Positions 27,267 through 36,884 of a DNA stretch of 64,000 nt are shown here, one piece after another (within the stretch, counting starts at the first letter, position 1; each line of letters begins with the position of its first letter). Made by a program: the position numbers and the translations under genes. The stretch comes from Patescibacteria group bacterium (GTDB lineage Bacteria > Patescibacteriota > Minisyncoccia > Moranbacterales > GWC2-37-73), in NCBI GenBank assembly GCA_036391995.1, contig DASVYU010000015.1, forward strand, positions 350 to 64,349, in the 5' to 3' direction. Under the pieces are notes generated by a model, which did not search any database, had not been told where the DNA came from, and saw only the letters and a list, made by a program, of their open reading frames with translations.

Positions 27267-27587
27267 ATGAAAAACAAGAAAAATCGACTGAAAATGGCAT
27301 CCACGAAAAGAAGAGAATCCGCACGTCTAGACAATGCCGAGAAGGAGGACGAAACAAGAAGTGGGAGTATTGCGGGACAAATGGCTACCAACAAGTTCGT
27401 TCAGGGTCAAGATTGGCTACACAATCAAGTAAACAAAGGCCTTGAAAAAGCCGGCAAAGGAAACCCCGCACAAGATAGCCCTGAAACAAAGGCAATCTTG
27501 AGCCGTTTAAAACCCAAGCCTCATCCGGAACTCGCCTATGATGAGCCTGGTTTGTATCCAGACAAATCACAAATCTTCTCAAGATGA
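27267..27587 (+). CDS. hypothetical hydrophilic protein (low confidence)
   Basis: 106 aa, K/E-rich with no TM. A hairpin (gaagcccg...cgggcttc) lies between it and the convergent trxB. No SD is adjacent to the ATG. Confidence 0.3.
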   Translation: MKNKKNRLKMASTKRRESARLDNAEKEDETRSGSIAGQMATNKFVQGQDWLHNQVNKGLEKAGKGNPAQDSPETKAILSRLKPKPHPELAYDEPGLYPDKSQIFSR

Positions 27588-27643
27588 AACAGAAGCCCGA
27601 CGCAACAGCGCCGGGCTTCATCAAATTCCAAGACTTACAAGAC

Positions 27644-28573
27644 TTATTTGGCTAAATATTTCTGAATGCTTTGCGCTGCAATTGCACCTTCGGCTGCAGC
27701 CGTCACGATCTGCTTGAATTTATTCGAGCCCGTCGTAATGTCACCAGCCGCCCAAACTCCCTTGCGGCTTGTTTTTCCGTCAGGCTGCACGACGATGTAG
27801 CCATCAGCATCGACTTCTATTTCCAGATCCTTTGCCAGATCAACGTTAGGATCAGCCCCTATCTCCACGAATACTCCGTCAATTTTCAGCGTTTCGCTCC
27901 CTTCATGAGGACTGTCCAGCTCGACTTCTTCAAGCTTTTCAGCGCCTTTGATTTCCTTGATGTTGGTATTGTACAACACTTTCACCTTCGGATTTTTCTC
28001 AATGGCATTCATCCAAAAACTTTCACACCTCAACTTTTCACCGCGATATATGACATATACTTTTTCAGCTATATCTGCCAAATAGACAGCTGCTCCAGCC
28101 GCGCTATCATTGCCTCCCACGACAGCCACTGTCTTGCCACGATAGAAAAATCCATCGCATGTCGCGCAATACGAAACTCCCTTGCCGGAAAATTCTTTCT
28201 CTCCTGGCACACCCAAATGGCGATGCTTTGTGCCCATAGCCAAAATAATCGAGCGTGCTTCTATTTTTTTGCCATTACTCAAGAATAAGGTAAACATACC
28301 ATTTTCTTCCGTGATCTCATCCACCAAGGCTGTTTCCATTTGAGCTTCCAAACTCTTGGCATGTTCCATTGCATCCTGTGCGAACTGGAATCCTGCAACG
28401 TTTTTCGTGCCAAGCCAGTTGCCTATCTCATGAGTCTGAGAAGCTGCACCGCCCGCAATACCACCAATTATCACATTCTTCAGTCCATAACGAGAAGCAT
28501 AGACTGAAGCGGAAAGCCCAGCTGGACCAGCTCCAACAATCGCAATATCAAATTGTTTTTTTTCATCAGTCAT
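27644..28573 (-). CDS. trxB: thioredoxin-disulfide reductase
   Basis: 309 aa. FAD site IAIVGAGPAGLSASVYASR, redox CATCDG, NADPH site VVGGNDSAAGAAVYL. Confidence 0.9.
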   Translation of the reverse strand: MTDEKKQFDIAIVGAGPAGLSASVYASRYGLKNVIIGGIAGGAASQTHEIGNWLGTKNVAGFQFAQDAMEHAKSLEAQMETALVDEITEENGMFTLFLSNGKKIEARSIILAMGTKHRHLGVPGEKEFSGKGVSYCATCDGFFYRGKTVAVVGGNDSAAGAAVYLADIAEKVYVIYRGEKLRCESFWMNAIEKNPKVKVLYNTNIKEIKGAEKLEEVELDSPHEGSETLKIDGVFVEIGADPNVDLAKDLEIEVDADGYIVVQPDGKTSRKGVWAAGDITTGSNKFKQIVTAAAEGAIAAQSIQKYLAK

Positions 28574-28591
28574 ATTAGTCCTTTTTTACTT

Positions 28592-28921
28592 TTAGAGTTT
28601 TGCTTCCAATTCCTGCTTCAATGCCTCCTTGGGACGGAAGCCGACGAAATCAGCAACTACTTCGCCATTCTTGAAAAGCTTCATGTTAGGAATGCTCATG
28701 ATCTGATATTTCATGGCCAAAGCCTGATGATCCGGGTTTTCCACGTCCAACTTGGCAATTTTAACTTTGCCTTCCGTTTCCCCCGCCAATTCATCAAGCA
28801 CCGGCGCCATCATGCGGCATGGCCCGCACCAAGGAGCCCAAAAGTCTACCAACACAGGCAGATCGGATTTGATTACTTCCTGTTCGAATGTCTTGTCTGT
28901 GAGTTCTAATGCTTTGCTCAT
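28592..28921 (-). CDS. trxA: thioredoxin
   Basis: 109 aa. WAPWCGPCRMMAP. Confidence 0.9.
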   Translation of the reverse strand: MSKALELTDKTFEQEVIKSDLPVLVDFWAPWCGPCRMMAPVLDELAGETEGKVKIAKLDVENPDHQALAMKYQIMSIPNMKLFKNGEVVADFVGFRPKEALKQELEAKL

Positions 28922-29044
28922 ACTTTTTATAAATTTTAAATTATTAATTTTAAATTTGAAATGAATTTTGAATGACTAAATGTTTTAAAACTTAGAATTT
29001 ATTATTTGAATTAAAATTTAAAACTTAGCCTTTAAAATTAAGTT

Positions 29045-29302
29045 TTAGCTTAATTTCAACAATTTCAAAATCTGTTTCTCATCTATCTTCTTGCGTTCAG
29101 ACAGCTTGCAAACCAATTCATCCTGCAGGATTTCAGCTCCGAGTCCCGCCACCGCTTCACGGACCGCCAAAACCTGGGTAATGATCTTGTCGCAAGAACC
29201 GCCTTCTTCCAACATTTTTTTGAGTCCCCTGACTTGCCCCTCGATTCTGGAAACCCTGTTCAGGAGCTTCTCATTCGATGGCTGATTCGATTTGTTCGCC
29301 AT
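29045..29302 (-). CDS. CsoR/RcnR-family metal-sensing transcriptional repressor
   Basis: 85 aa. LNRVSRIEGQVRGLKKMLEEGGSCDKIITQVLAVREAVAGL has the DUF156 helical-bundle motif with a conserved Cys. Confidence 0.75.
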   Translation of the reverse strand: MANKSNQPSNEKLLNRVSRIEGQVRGLKKMLEEGGSCDKIITQVLAVREAVAGLGAEILQDELVCKLSERKKIDEKQILKLLKLS

Positions 29303-29311
29303 ATGTATTTG

Positions 29312-29761
29312 TTATAAGTTATCTATCGCTCTTTTGAGTTTTTCCTCTATTTCTACCGCCACAGCAGCCAACTCCTCATGATCAACCATCGCAAGCATTT
29401 GCCTTGGCATTATGGCACTGACAACTGTTTCTTCGTTGCTTTGATAAATGATCACGTTGCAAGGCAACAGTAATCCCAATTCCTTGTCAGTCGATAGTAA
29501 TGCATGGGCTGACTGCGGATGACAAGCTCCCAGAATCAGATAGTCTTCAAAATCAACATCCAGTTTCTTCTTGAAAGTCGCCTTGGCATCTATTTCAGTA
29601 ATGATTCCAAAACCCTCATTAGTCAGCGCCTCACGCATCTTTTTTTCCACTTCAGCAAAAGACTGCCTGAATTTTCTTTTGTATCCAAGCTCCATAAATA
29701 TATCTTTTTCTTGTGTTTGAAAATTGAAAATTATTATTTGGAAATTCCGCGTATGCGGCAT
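29312..29761 (-). CDS. DUF302-domain protein
   Basis: YLILGACHPQSAHALL matches the DUF302 GAC(N/H)P motif. The start may be the internal MELGYKRKF near 29695. Confidence 0.6.
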   Translation of the reverse strand: MPHTRNFQIIIFNFQTQEKDIFMELGYKRKFRQSFAEVEKKMREALTNEGFGIITEIDAKATFKKKLDVDFEDYLILGACHPQSAHALLSTDKELGLLLPCNVIIYQSNEETVVSAIMPRQMLAMVDHEELAAVAVEIEEKLKRAIDNL

Positions 29762-29809
29762 ATACCCTCTGGGGGTATATTAACATGAGCCAAAATACCT
29801 GTCAACACT

Positions 29810-30511
29810 TTATTTTTTGCCCACGAGAAGTATGTTTCTGCCATTTATGATTTCACAGCGCTCGATTTCAAAACCAGCTGCTGAGAAAAGTTTTTGCAAT
29901 TCTTTTTTAGTGAAAGCATGATGGAAGCGCTGGAACACCCTGCCCTGATTGTCAGTGAAAGACACTTCGCAATCATTCCAATCCAATTCCGATTTTCCCA
30001 GCAACTTATTTTTCCAATTTTCGAAAATATTACCGATATATTTTTGCTGCCACAAATACCAGACAGTCACAACAATGACGCCTTCATTTTTTGTTACCCT
30101 ATATAGCTCTCGAGCCATGTCTTCTCTGTATTTTCGGGATGGGAAATGATGGAAAACCGCAATCGAATATATGCTATTGAAAAATCCACCCTCAAATGCT
30201 AGAGTAGTCTGATTGGGATTTAGCTTGGAAAAGCTGTGATCAGGATATTTCTGCTGAGCGAATTCAATAAGTTTCTCTGAAACATCCACGCCGAAATATT
30301 CGATATCCTTTTCACCAATAAGTTCCAGAAGCCTGCCGTTGCCGCAGCCATAGTCCAGCACTTTGTCGCCAGCCTTGGCATAGTCCGCAACAAATTCCAA
30401 GCCGCGCCAAAAATGCTTGCGCGTCTGGGAGAATTTCTTGGCAATCAGGTCATATCCAGCCTCAGTCTCATTCAATATTTTTTTCGCTATTTCCCTCTTC
30501 ATTACTTTCAA
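29810..30511 (-). CDS. class I SAM-dependent methyltransferase
   Basis: 233 aa. Motif I VLDYGCGNGRLLELIG. Confidence 0.75.
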   Translation of the reverse strand: MKVMKREIAKKILNETEAGYDLIAKKFSQTRKHFWRGLEFVADYAKAGDKVLDYGCGNGRLLELIGEKDIEYFGVDVSEKLIEFAQQKYPDHSFSKLNPNQTTLAFEGGFFNSIYSIAVFHHFPSRKYREDMARELYRVTKNEGVIVVTVWYLWQQKYIGNIFENWKNKLLGKSELDWNDCEVSFTDNQGRVFQRFHHAFTKKELQKLFSAAGFEIERCEIINGRNILLVGKK

Positions 30512-30533
30512 ACTTTATGAACTTTATAACTTT

Positions 30534-32162
30534 ATGAACTCATCGTACGACAACTTCATCATCTCTGCAATCGAAGAGCTTCCGGAAAAGAAGGAGGATT
30601 TTGCATACCTAAAAAAGAAGCTATGCAAGCGCTTCGGCGTGTCCATGCCGACCAATGCCGATCTGCGCGACAGATATAACCAATTGGTAAGCGCAAAGAA
30701 AATCAAGCAATCTCCGACTTTCGAGAAGATGCTGCTGAGCCGCGCGGTGCGCACCCAATCAGGCGTAGCCGTGGTCGCCGTGTTGACCAAACCATCCACC
30801 TGCCCCGGCAATTGTCTCTACTGCCCGACCGAAAAAGGGATGCCCAAAAGTTATCTCTCCAATGAGCCGGCCGTCATGCGCGCCATCGATTCACAGTTTG
30901 ATCCATACTTGCAAGTGCACAACCGCCTGCGTTCTTTGGAACTCAATGGCCATGCCACGGACAAGATCGAGCTCATCGTGATGGGCGGGACATTTTCCTA
31001 TTTTCCAAAATCTTATCAAAAGAAATTCATCACGCAGTGTTTCAGCGCTGCCAATGATTACCCAAAAGCAAACCACAGAGGTCCTAAAACTCAATCGAGG
31101 TCGGACCTCGACTCAGCTTTGATGCGCGAACAGAAAAAGAATGAGAAAGCGAAGCATCGCATCATTGGCCTCACATTGGAAACCAGACCGGACTACATAG
31201 ACAAAAAAGAAATCCTCAATTTCAGGGATTTGGGCTGTACCAGAGTAGAACTGGGCGTTCAGAGCATCTATGACGACGTTTTGCAGCTCAATAGACGCGG
31301 GCATGACGTCCAAGAGACCGCTAGAGCCACGAAAATGCTCCGGGATGCCGGTTTTAAGCTGAATTATCACATGATGCCGGGCCTGCCAGGAAGCACCTCC
31401 AAGCGCGATTTTGAGATGTTCAAAGCCCTTTTCCAAGACCCCCGTTTCCAGCCTGATATGCTCAAGATATACCCTACCGTTGTCCTCAAAAATAGTGATC
31501 TTTATGACCTCTGGAAAGCCGGCAAATACAAGCCGCTCACAGACAAAACTTTTGAAAAATTGGCTATCAAAATAAAGAACGAAGCCATTGCGCCTTATGT
31601 GAGAATCGCTCGCCTGGTGCGCGACGTACCGACTTCCTCCATCATTGCTGGTCCGATCGTTTCCAATCTTAGACAGATCATCGAACATAAAGCTCATTGC
31701 CCTTGCATCCGCTGCCGCGAAGTAAAGAATGAATATCAAATCAAGGAAAAAATAATCCTCGATAGGATCAACTATGAAGCAGCTGATGGCAAAGAGATAT
31801 TCCTGCAATATGTCTCGCCTGACAAAAAGAAACTGTTCGCGCTGCTGCGCTTGAGAATACCTGGTGAAGTTGGGGGCATTAGGGAATTTAGGGAGTTTCA
31901 ACCTGCTTTCAAGGTTCTTGAAAATGCGGCGCTTATACGCGAAGTACACACCTATGGTAAGCTCGCCAAAATAGATTCCAAAGATGCTTCTTCCCCGCAG
32001 CACATCGGCCTGGGCAGAAAGCTCCTGCAAGAAGCTGAAAGGATCGCCAAAGAAGAATTCGATCTCAAAAAGATTGTAGTAATTTCAGGCGTCGGTGTGA
32101 GAGGATATTATAGGAAGAACGGCTATAGACTAAAAGATACTTATATGGTAAAGAGTATTTAG
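30534..32162 (+). CDS. elp3: ELP3-family radical SAM/GNAT protein (tRNA uridine-34 acetyltransferase / carboxymethyluridine synthase homologue)
   Basis: The radical SAM domain (CPGNCLYCPTE...IELIVMGGTF...ETRPDY...GCTRVELGVQS...GHMMPGLP) and the C-terminal GNAT (HIGLGRKLLQEAERIAKEEF...VISGVGVRGYYRKNGY...YMVKSI) align block-for-block with eukaryotic/archaeal Elp3. Start corrected to the ATG at 30534; the upstream ORF-track extension overlaps the previous gene. Confidence 0.8.
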   Translation: MNSSYDNFIISAIEELPEKKEDFAYLKKKLCKRFGVSMPTNADLRDRYNQLVSAKKIKQSPTFEKMLLSRAVRTQSGVAVVAVLTKPSTCPGNCLYCPTEKGMPKSYLSNEPAVMRAIDSQFDPYLQVHNRLRSLELNGHATDKIELIVMGGTFSYFPKSYQKKFITQCFSAANDYPKANHRGPKTQSRSDLDSALMREQKKNEKAKHRIIGLTLETRPDYIDKKEILNFRDLGCTRVELGVQSIYDDVLQLNRRGHDVQETARATKMLRDAGFKLNYHMMPGLPGSTSKRDFEMFKALFQDPRFQPDMLKIYPTVVLKNSDLYDLWKAGKYKPLTDKTFEKLAIKIKNEAIAPYVRIARLVRDVPTSSIIAGPIVSNLRQIIEHKAHCPCIRCREVKNEYQIKEKIILDRINYEAADGKEIFLQYVSPDKKKLFALLRLRIPGEVGGIREFREFQPAFKVLENAALIREVHTYGKLAKIDSKDASSPQHIGLGRKLLQEAERIAKEEFDLKKIVVISGVGVRGYYRKNGYRLKDTYMVKSI

Positions 32163-32200
32163 TTCATGAAATCTAAAAATCTAAAAGGGAGGAAAAATCT

Positions 32201-32611
32201 ATGCCAAAAATTATCCTTGCTTCAGGCCCAGTCATCATCGAGGACGACAAAGTGCTTCTGGACAAGCATGGCCTAGACCCGTTCTGGAAATTCTGCGGTG
32301 GCCGCTTCGACGACCTCGAGCAATCTCTCATCGAGCACGCCCAGAATAGAGCTTTTCTGGAACTCGGAATCGAGGTTGAGATCATCAACAGAAAACCTTT
32401 TGTCATGTGGACACAAAAAGAAGCCGCACCGGACGGAAAAATAGACGTAGTGTTGTTTCACTTCTTGGCCAGACATGAAGGAGAGATTTCACCAGGCGAA
32501 GATATCAGGGATTGGAAATGGATCCCAATCTCGGAGCTTGATGAGCTTGAGAAGAAAGGCGAGCTTGCTCCGAACATCATCCCCACACTCAAACATTTCC
32601 GCATTATCTAA
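32201..32611 (+). CDS. NUDIX-fold hydrolase (divergent Nudix box)
   Basis: 136 aa. GGRFDDLEQSLIEHAQNRAFLELGI approximates GX5EX7REUXEEXGU. Strong SD gggagg. Confidence 0.5.
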   Translation: MPKIILASGPVIIEDDKVLLDKHGLDPFWKFCGGRFDDLEQSLIEHAQNRAFLELGIEVEIINRKPFVMWTQKEAAPDGKIDVVLFHFLARHEGEISPGEDIRDWKWIPISELDELEKKGELAPNIIPTLKHFRII

Positions 32612-32635
32612 AAAACCTGTTTCATTGAAACACAC

Positions 32636-32667
32636 AAGCAGCCCTCAAAAGCTGCTTTTTCTTTTTT
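32636..32667 (+). terminator. intrinsic terminator after the nudix-like gene
   Basis: agcagc-cctcaaaa-gctgct followed by ttttcttttttatt. Confidence 0.6.
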
Positions 32668-32737
32668 ATTCCACAAATATCGCATTATTCCACTTTCGGA
32701 CGATCGTCTTTTTGTGGAATAATCGTTCAGATCAATG

Positions 32738-33769
32738 TCACTTTCCTGCTAACTGGCCGCAAGCGGCAGCTATCTCATCGCCCAGGCTTTTCCTGATCGT
32801 CGCATTGATGCCGAGCGACAACAGATTCTTTTTGAATGTCTGCGCACGCTCTTTTCTGGAAGGCATGAAGATATCGGAAGTCGTGTTGTAGCGGATCAGA
32901 TTCACATGCAGCAAATGAGCATGGCCGATGGACTTCAGATAACTTGCCAAATTCTTGGCATCAATCGCTCTGTCATTCAATCCTTCTAGGAGAATATATT
33001 CCATAAAGACTTTTCTATTTGTGAGTTCAAAATAATTACGCAAAGCGTTTTTTAGACTCTCCATATCATCCCTTTTATTGACCGGCATAAAAGAGCTGCG
33101 CTGCTCATCAGTGGCAAAATGCAGCGATATCGCCAGATTGACTTGCGGGAATTCCGCGGCCAATTTCGCGATACCTTCCGTGATGCCGGAAGTAGAAACA
33201 GAAAGCGAGCGCGAGCCGAAACCGAAAAGCTTATCATCGATCAGGTTGCGGATGCTCTCTGAAACATTTTCCCAATTGAGAAATGGCTCCCCCATACCCA
33301 TATACACGATGTTGGAAAAATTACCTTCAATATTGTTGCGCTTTAGATATTGTCTCCAGAACAAGATCTGATCAGTGATTTCTTCTGCAGTCAGGTTTCT
33401 CCCGAATCCCATCTTCCCCGTCGCACAGAAGCGGCAGCCCATTGCACAACCTACTTGGCAAGAAATGCAAGCTGACCATGTGCCCGGCTTGGGAGAAATC
33501 AAAACAGTTTCAATCAGATTTCCATCAGCAAGTTTCAAAAGCACTTTCATGGAATCATTATTTTTAGAAACCAGAACTTTTTGCGGCTCGAATGAAAGCA
33601 GCTGCAATTCATTTTGCATTTTTTCTCTTAAGTCCTTAGGCAGCGTTGAAATTTCAGCAAACGACGAAACGCCATCTTGGAAGATGGCCTTCTGAATCTG
33701 CCCCAGACGAAATTTGGGCAATTTGTTCTCTTCTGTGAATTGTTCCAGTTTTCGCGTATCCATAACCAA
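32738..33769 (-). CDS. rlmN: 23S rRNA (adenine2503-C2)-methyltransferase, radical SAM RlmN/Cfr family
   Basis: 343 aa. ACISCQVGCAMGCRFCATG CX3CX2C, plus MGMGEP and the C-terminal catalytic Cys. Confidence 0.85.
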   Translation of the reverse strand: MVMDTRKLEQFTEENKLPKFRLGQIQKAIFQDGVSSFAEISTLPKDLREKMQNELQLLSFEPQKVLVSKNNDSMKVLLKLADGNLIETVLISPKPGTWSACISCQVGCAMGCRFCATGKMGFGRNLTAEEITDQILFWRQYLKRNNIEGNFSNIVYMGMGEPFLNWENVSESIRNLIDDKLFGFGSRSLSVSTSGITEGIAKLAAEFPQVNLAISLHFATDEQRSSFMPVNKRDDMESLKNALRNYFELTNRKVFMEYILLEGLNDRAIDAKNLASYLKSIGHAHLLHVNLIRYNTTSDIFMPSRKERAQTFKKNLLSLGINATIRKSLGDEIAAACGQLAGK

Positions 33770-33775
33770 CCAAGT

Positions 33776-35614
33776 CTATTCTACTGTGACTGATTTTGCA
33801 AGATTGCGTGGCTTGTCCACGTCGTAACCTTTTGACACCCCTACATGATAAGCGAAAAGCTGCAGCGGGATGACAGCAAGAAGCGGCGTGAGCATTTCCA
33901 GTGTTTTAGGAATATAAATGACATCATCAGCATGTTTTGAGATTTCCTTGTCACCTTTAGTAGCAACTGCCAGAATCCTGCCACTGCGCGCTTTGATTTC
34001 CTGCATGCCTGAAATATTCTTTTCATACACGCTATCCCTGGGCGCCACGAATACTGAAGGAAAATTCTTATCTATGAGTGCGATCGGCCCATGCTTCATC
34101 TCCCCGCTGGCATAGCCTTCGGCATGCACGTAGGAAATCTCCTTGATCTTGAGCGCTCCCTCCAAAGCGATCGGGAAATTATATTTCCTTCCCATGTAAA
34201 GGAAATTATTGAACTGCGCATATTTCTTGGCGATCTTCCTGATGTCTTTTTCTTGCGCAAGGATCTCTTCGATATATTTCGGAATCTTTTCCAATTCCTT
34301 GGCGATCCTTTGGCCAGTTACCAGCGACATATCTCGCTGCATGCCCAAGAAGATCGTGAGCAGCGCCAGGATGCTGAGCTGCGAAGTGAAGGCTTTAGTT
34401 GAAGCCACGCCTATCTCAGGTCCAGCATGATTATATACGCCCGCATCATCTTCGCGCGCAATCGTCGAACCGACAGTGTTGATAATGCCCAGCGTCAGTG
34501 CGCCTTTCTCCTTGGCTTCGCGGATCGCTGCCAAAGTATCGGCAGTTTCACCTGATTGCGAAATAGCGATCACGGCCGCATGCTTGTCGAGTAGCGGTTT
34601 GCGATAACGGAACTCACTTGCATATTCCACTTCCACTGGAATGCCAGCATATTCCTCCAGCATATATTCTCCAACCAATCCTGCATAATATGACGTGCCG
34701 CAACTCACGATGATGATACGCCTGATGTTTCTGAGTTTCTTTTCCACATCCTTGAGTCCGCCCAGTTTAGCCAACCCTTCGCTTTTCACTAATCTGCCGC
34801 GTATAGCATTCTTAACTGCTTCAGGCTGCTCGAATATTTCTTTGAGCATGAAGTGGGCATAGCCTTGCTTTTGTGCTTGTTCCATGGACCAATCCAATTT
34901 GGAAACATTTTTGGCAACCGGCTTATCTTTGATCGTAAACACATTGAAATTACCTTCTTCCAAAACTGCAACTTCCCCATCTTCCAGATACACCACCCTG
35001 TCGGTGTGCCTCACAATCGCACTAGCATCAGAAGCGATGACGAATTCATCCGCGCCAATACCTAGCAGCAAGGGACTGCCTAAGCGCGCCGCAACGATCT
35101 GCCCTGGATTTTTTTGATCGATCACCGCGATGCCATATGTCCCACGGATGTGCTGCAAAGTCTTGAGGACAGCATCCTTAAGACTGAGATTCTTTTCTTG
35201 TTTCTGGTATTGCTCAATCAGATGCGCAATGACCTCACTATCAGTCTCCGAAGAAAAATCGTGTCCTTTCTTCTTGAGAAATTCTTTCAATTCCAAATAA
35301 TTCTCGATGATGCCATTATGCACGACTTGTATCATGCCCGAGCAATCACTGTGTGGATGGGAATTCTTATCGCAAGGCTTGCCATGCGTGGCCCAGCGGG
35401 TATGCGCGATGCCAGAAGTGGCAGCAAGATCCCTGCTTCCAAGTTTATTCTCCAATTCCGCAACCTTACCAGTCGCCTTGAAAGTCAGCATTTTATCTTC
35501 TTCAATCACCGCTAAGCCTGCGCTGTCATAACCGCGATATTCCAAACGCTTGAGTCCTTCCAGAAGGATAGGTGCCGCCTTCTGTTTTCCGATATAGCCA
35601 ACAATTCCACACAT
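33776..35614 (-). CDS. glmS: glutamine--fructose-6-phosphate aminotransferase
   Basis: MCGIVGYIG Ntn-glutaminase start; the ATG is 12 codons inside the ORF-track start. Two SIS domains; ends ...VTVE. Confidence 0.9.
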   Translation of the reverse strand: MCGIVGYIGKQKAAPILLEGLKRLEYRGYDSAGLAVIEEDKMLTFKATGKVAELENKLGSRDLAATSGIAHTRWATHGKPCDKNSHPHSDCSGMIQVVHNGIIENYLELKEFLKKKGHDFSSETDSEVIAHLIEQYQKQEKNLSLKDAVLKTLQHIRGTYGIAVIDQKNPGQIVAARLGSPLLLGIGADEFVIASDASAIVRHTDRVVYLEDGEVAVLEEGNFNVFTIKDKPVAKNVSKLDWSMEQAQKQGYAHFMLKEIFEQPEAVKNAIRGRLVKSEGLAKLGGLKDVEKKLRNIRRIIIVSCGTSYYAGLVGEYMLEEYAGIPVEVEYASEFRYRKPLLDKHAAVIAISQSGETADTLAAIREAKEKGALTLGIINTVGSTIAREDDAGVYNHAGPEIGVASTKAFTSQLSILALLTIFLGMQRDMSLVTGQRIAKELEKIPKYIEEILAQEKDIRKIAKKYAQFNNFLYMGRKYNFPIALEGALKIKEISYVHAEGYASGEMKHGPIALIDKNFPSVFVAPRDSVYEKNISGMQEIKARSGRILAVATKGDKEISKHADDVIYIPKTLEMLTPLLAVIPLQLFAYHVGVSKGYDVDKPRNLAKSVTVE

Positions 35615-35695
35615 ATTGATAAATATAGAATTGCAGAGCGCTAGGCGCAAAACAATCTTTTTTATTATTTATTCAAAACACCAAGTAGTTATTGG

Positions 35696-36880
35696 TTATT
35701 CTTTGTCTATTTTTAATTTGACCGAATTTGCAAACTTCAAGAGATCAGATTGGAAAGTGAGTGTTATTTTGTTTTTAATCTCCTGCTTCTCTTGCGCGAA
35801 TGCAATCAGTTTTTCCAATAATTCACCGATCTCAATACCACTCTTTTTCCATAAATGGTGATAAAGAGTTCCAGGCATCGTGTTTATTTCGTTTGCATAT
35901 ACAGCTTGGGTTTCTTTGTTGTAAAGAAAATCAATGCGCGCAATCCCACTGCATCCGCAAAGCTTAAAGATTGCAACTGCCATATCTTGGACTTCTTTGG
36001 TTTTTTCAGCTGAAAGATCTGCTGGTATCACAAGACTACTTTGGGCATTACCAAGTTGAGCACCTCCATTTTCTAAATATTTGTCCTCATAATTAAAATG
36101 ATCACCGGAAAAAACCGCCTCCTGGACAAGAGATGCGACAGGATCATCATTTCCCAACACAGCACAAGTGATGTCAGACATGTTTTCCACACTTTCTTCA
36201 ACTATGACCTTGTCATCATAATGAAGCGCGATTTCACAAGCGTTTTCCAATTCATCTCTGTTCTTAACTTTTGTAATTCCTATTGAAGATCCCAGTCTCG
36301 CAGGCTTCACAAATATCGGCCAAATCAATTTATCTATTTCAGCCAAAACTGCAGATTTGCCTTTTTCCCATTCATGAAAACTGAAATGCATGAATTTCGC
36401 CGTAGGAATACCCTCGCTGCGATACATCATCTTGGTTGCCGCTTTATCCATCGCCAACGCAGAAGAAAGCACGTCGCATCCCACATATGGAATACTCATG
36501 AGTTCAAACAATCCTTGAATCGTACCATCCTCGCCATTTGTTCCATGAAAAGCCGGGAAAGCAATGTCAATAACCACCTCCTGAGAAAACATGCCTTCTT
36601 TTTTAAAAACCATCCTTCCTTTTGCTGCCAACTCCAGCTTGCATGGTTTCATTTCCTTCAGCTCAACATCCTTTTGAGGATTTGTGAAAAATTTCAAAGA
36701 ACCCAACCTTTCATCAGCAAACCACTCGCCGTCCTTATTCAAATAAACAGGCACAACATTATAGCCAAGCTTTTTGAGTTCCGAAATTATAAGTTGGCCG
36801 GTAATTATAGATACATCATGCTCAGGGCTTCGACTGCCGAAAAACACCCCGATATTCAAATTCTTATTCTGCTCTTTCAT
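35696..36880 (-). CDS. ddl: D-alanine--D-alanine ligase
   Basis: 394 aa. ATP-grasp fold, NIGVFFGSRSPEHDVSI. Confidence 0.85.
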   Translation of the reverse strand: MKEQNKNLNIGVFFGSRSPEHDVSIITGQLIISELKKLGYNVVPVYLNKDGEWFADERLGSLKFFTNPQKDVELKEMKPCKLELAAKGRMVFKKEGMFSQEVVIDIAFPAFHGTNGEDGTIQGLFELMSIPYVGCDVLSSALAMDKAATKMMYRSEGIPTAKFMHFSFHEWEKGKSAVLAEIDKLIWPIFVKPARLGSSIGITKVKNRDELENACEIALHYDDKVIVEESVENMSDITCAVLGNDDPVASLVQEAVFSGDHFNYEDKYLENGGAQLGNAQSSLVIPADLSAEKTKEVQDMAVAIFKLCGCSGIARIDFLYNKETQAVYANEINTMPGTLYHHLWKKSGIEIGELLEKLIAFAQEKQEIKNKITLTFQSDLLKFANSVKLKIDKE

Positions 36881-36884
36881 ATTT

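Noticed and set aside
27194-27394. Minus-strand 66-aa ORF
   Set aside because: It ends exactly on an SD-like ggagg on the opposite strand and has no RBS, so it is likely spurious.
35615-35695. glmS upstream checked for glmS ribozyme
   Set aside because: The spacer is only about 80 nt and has no ribozyme core.
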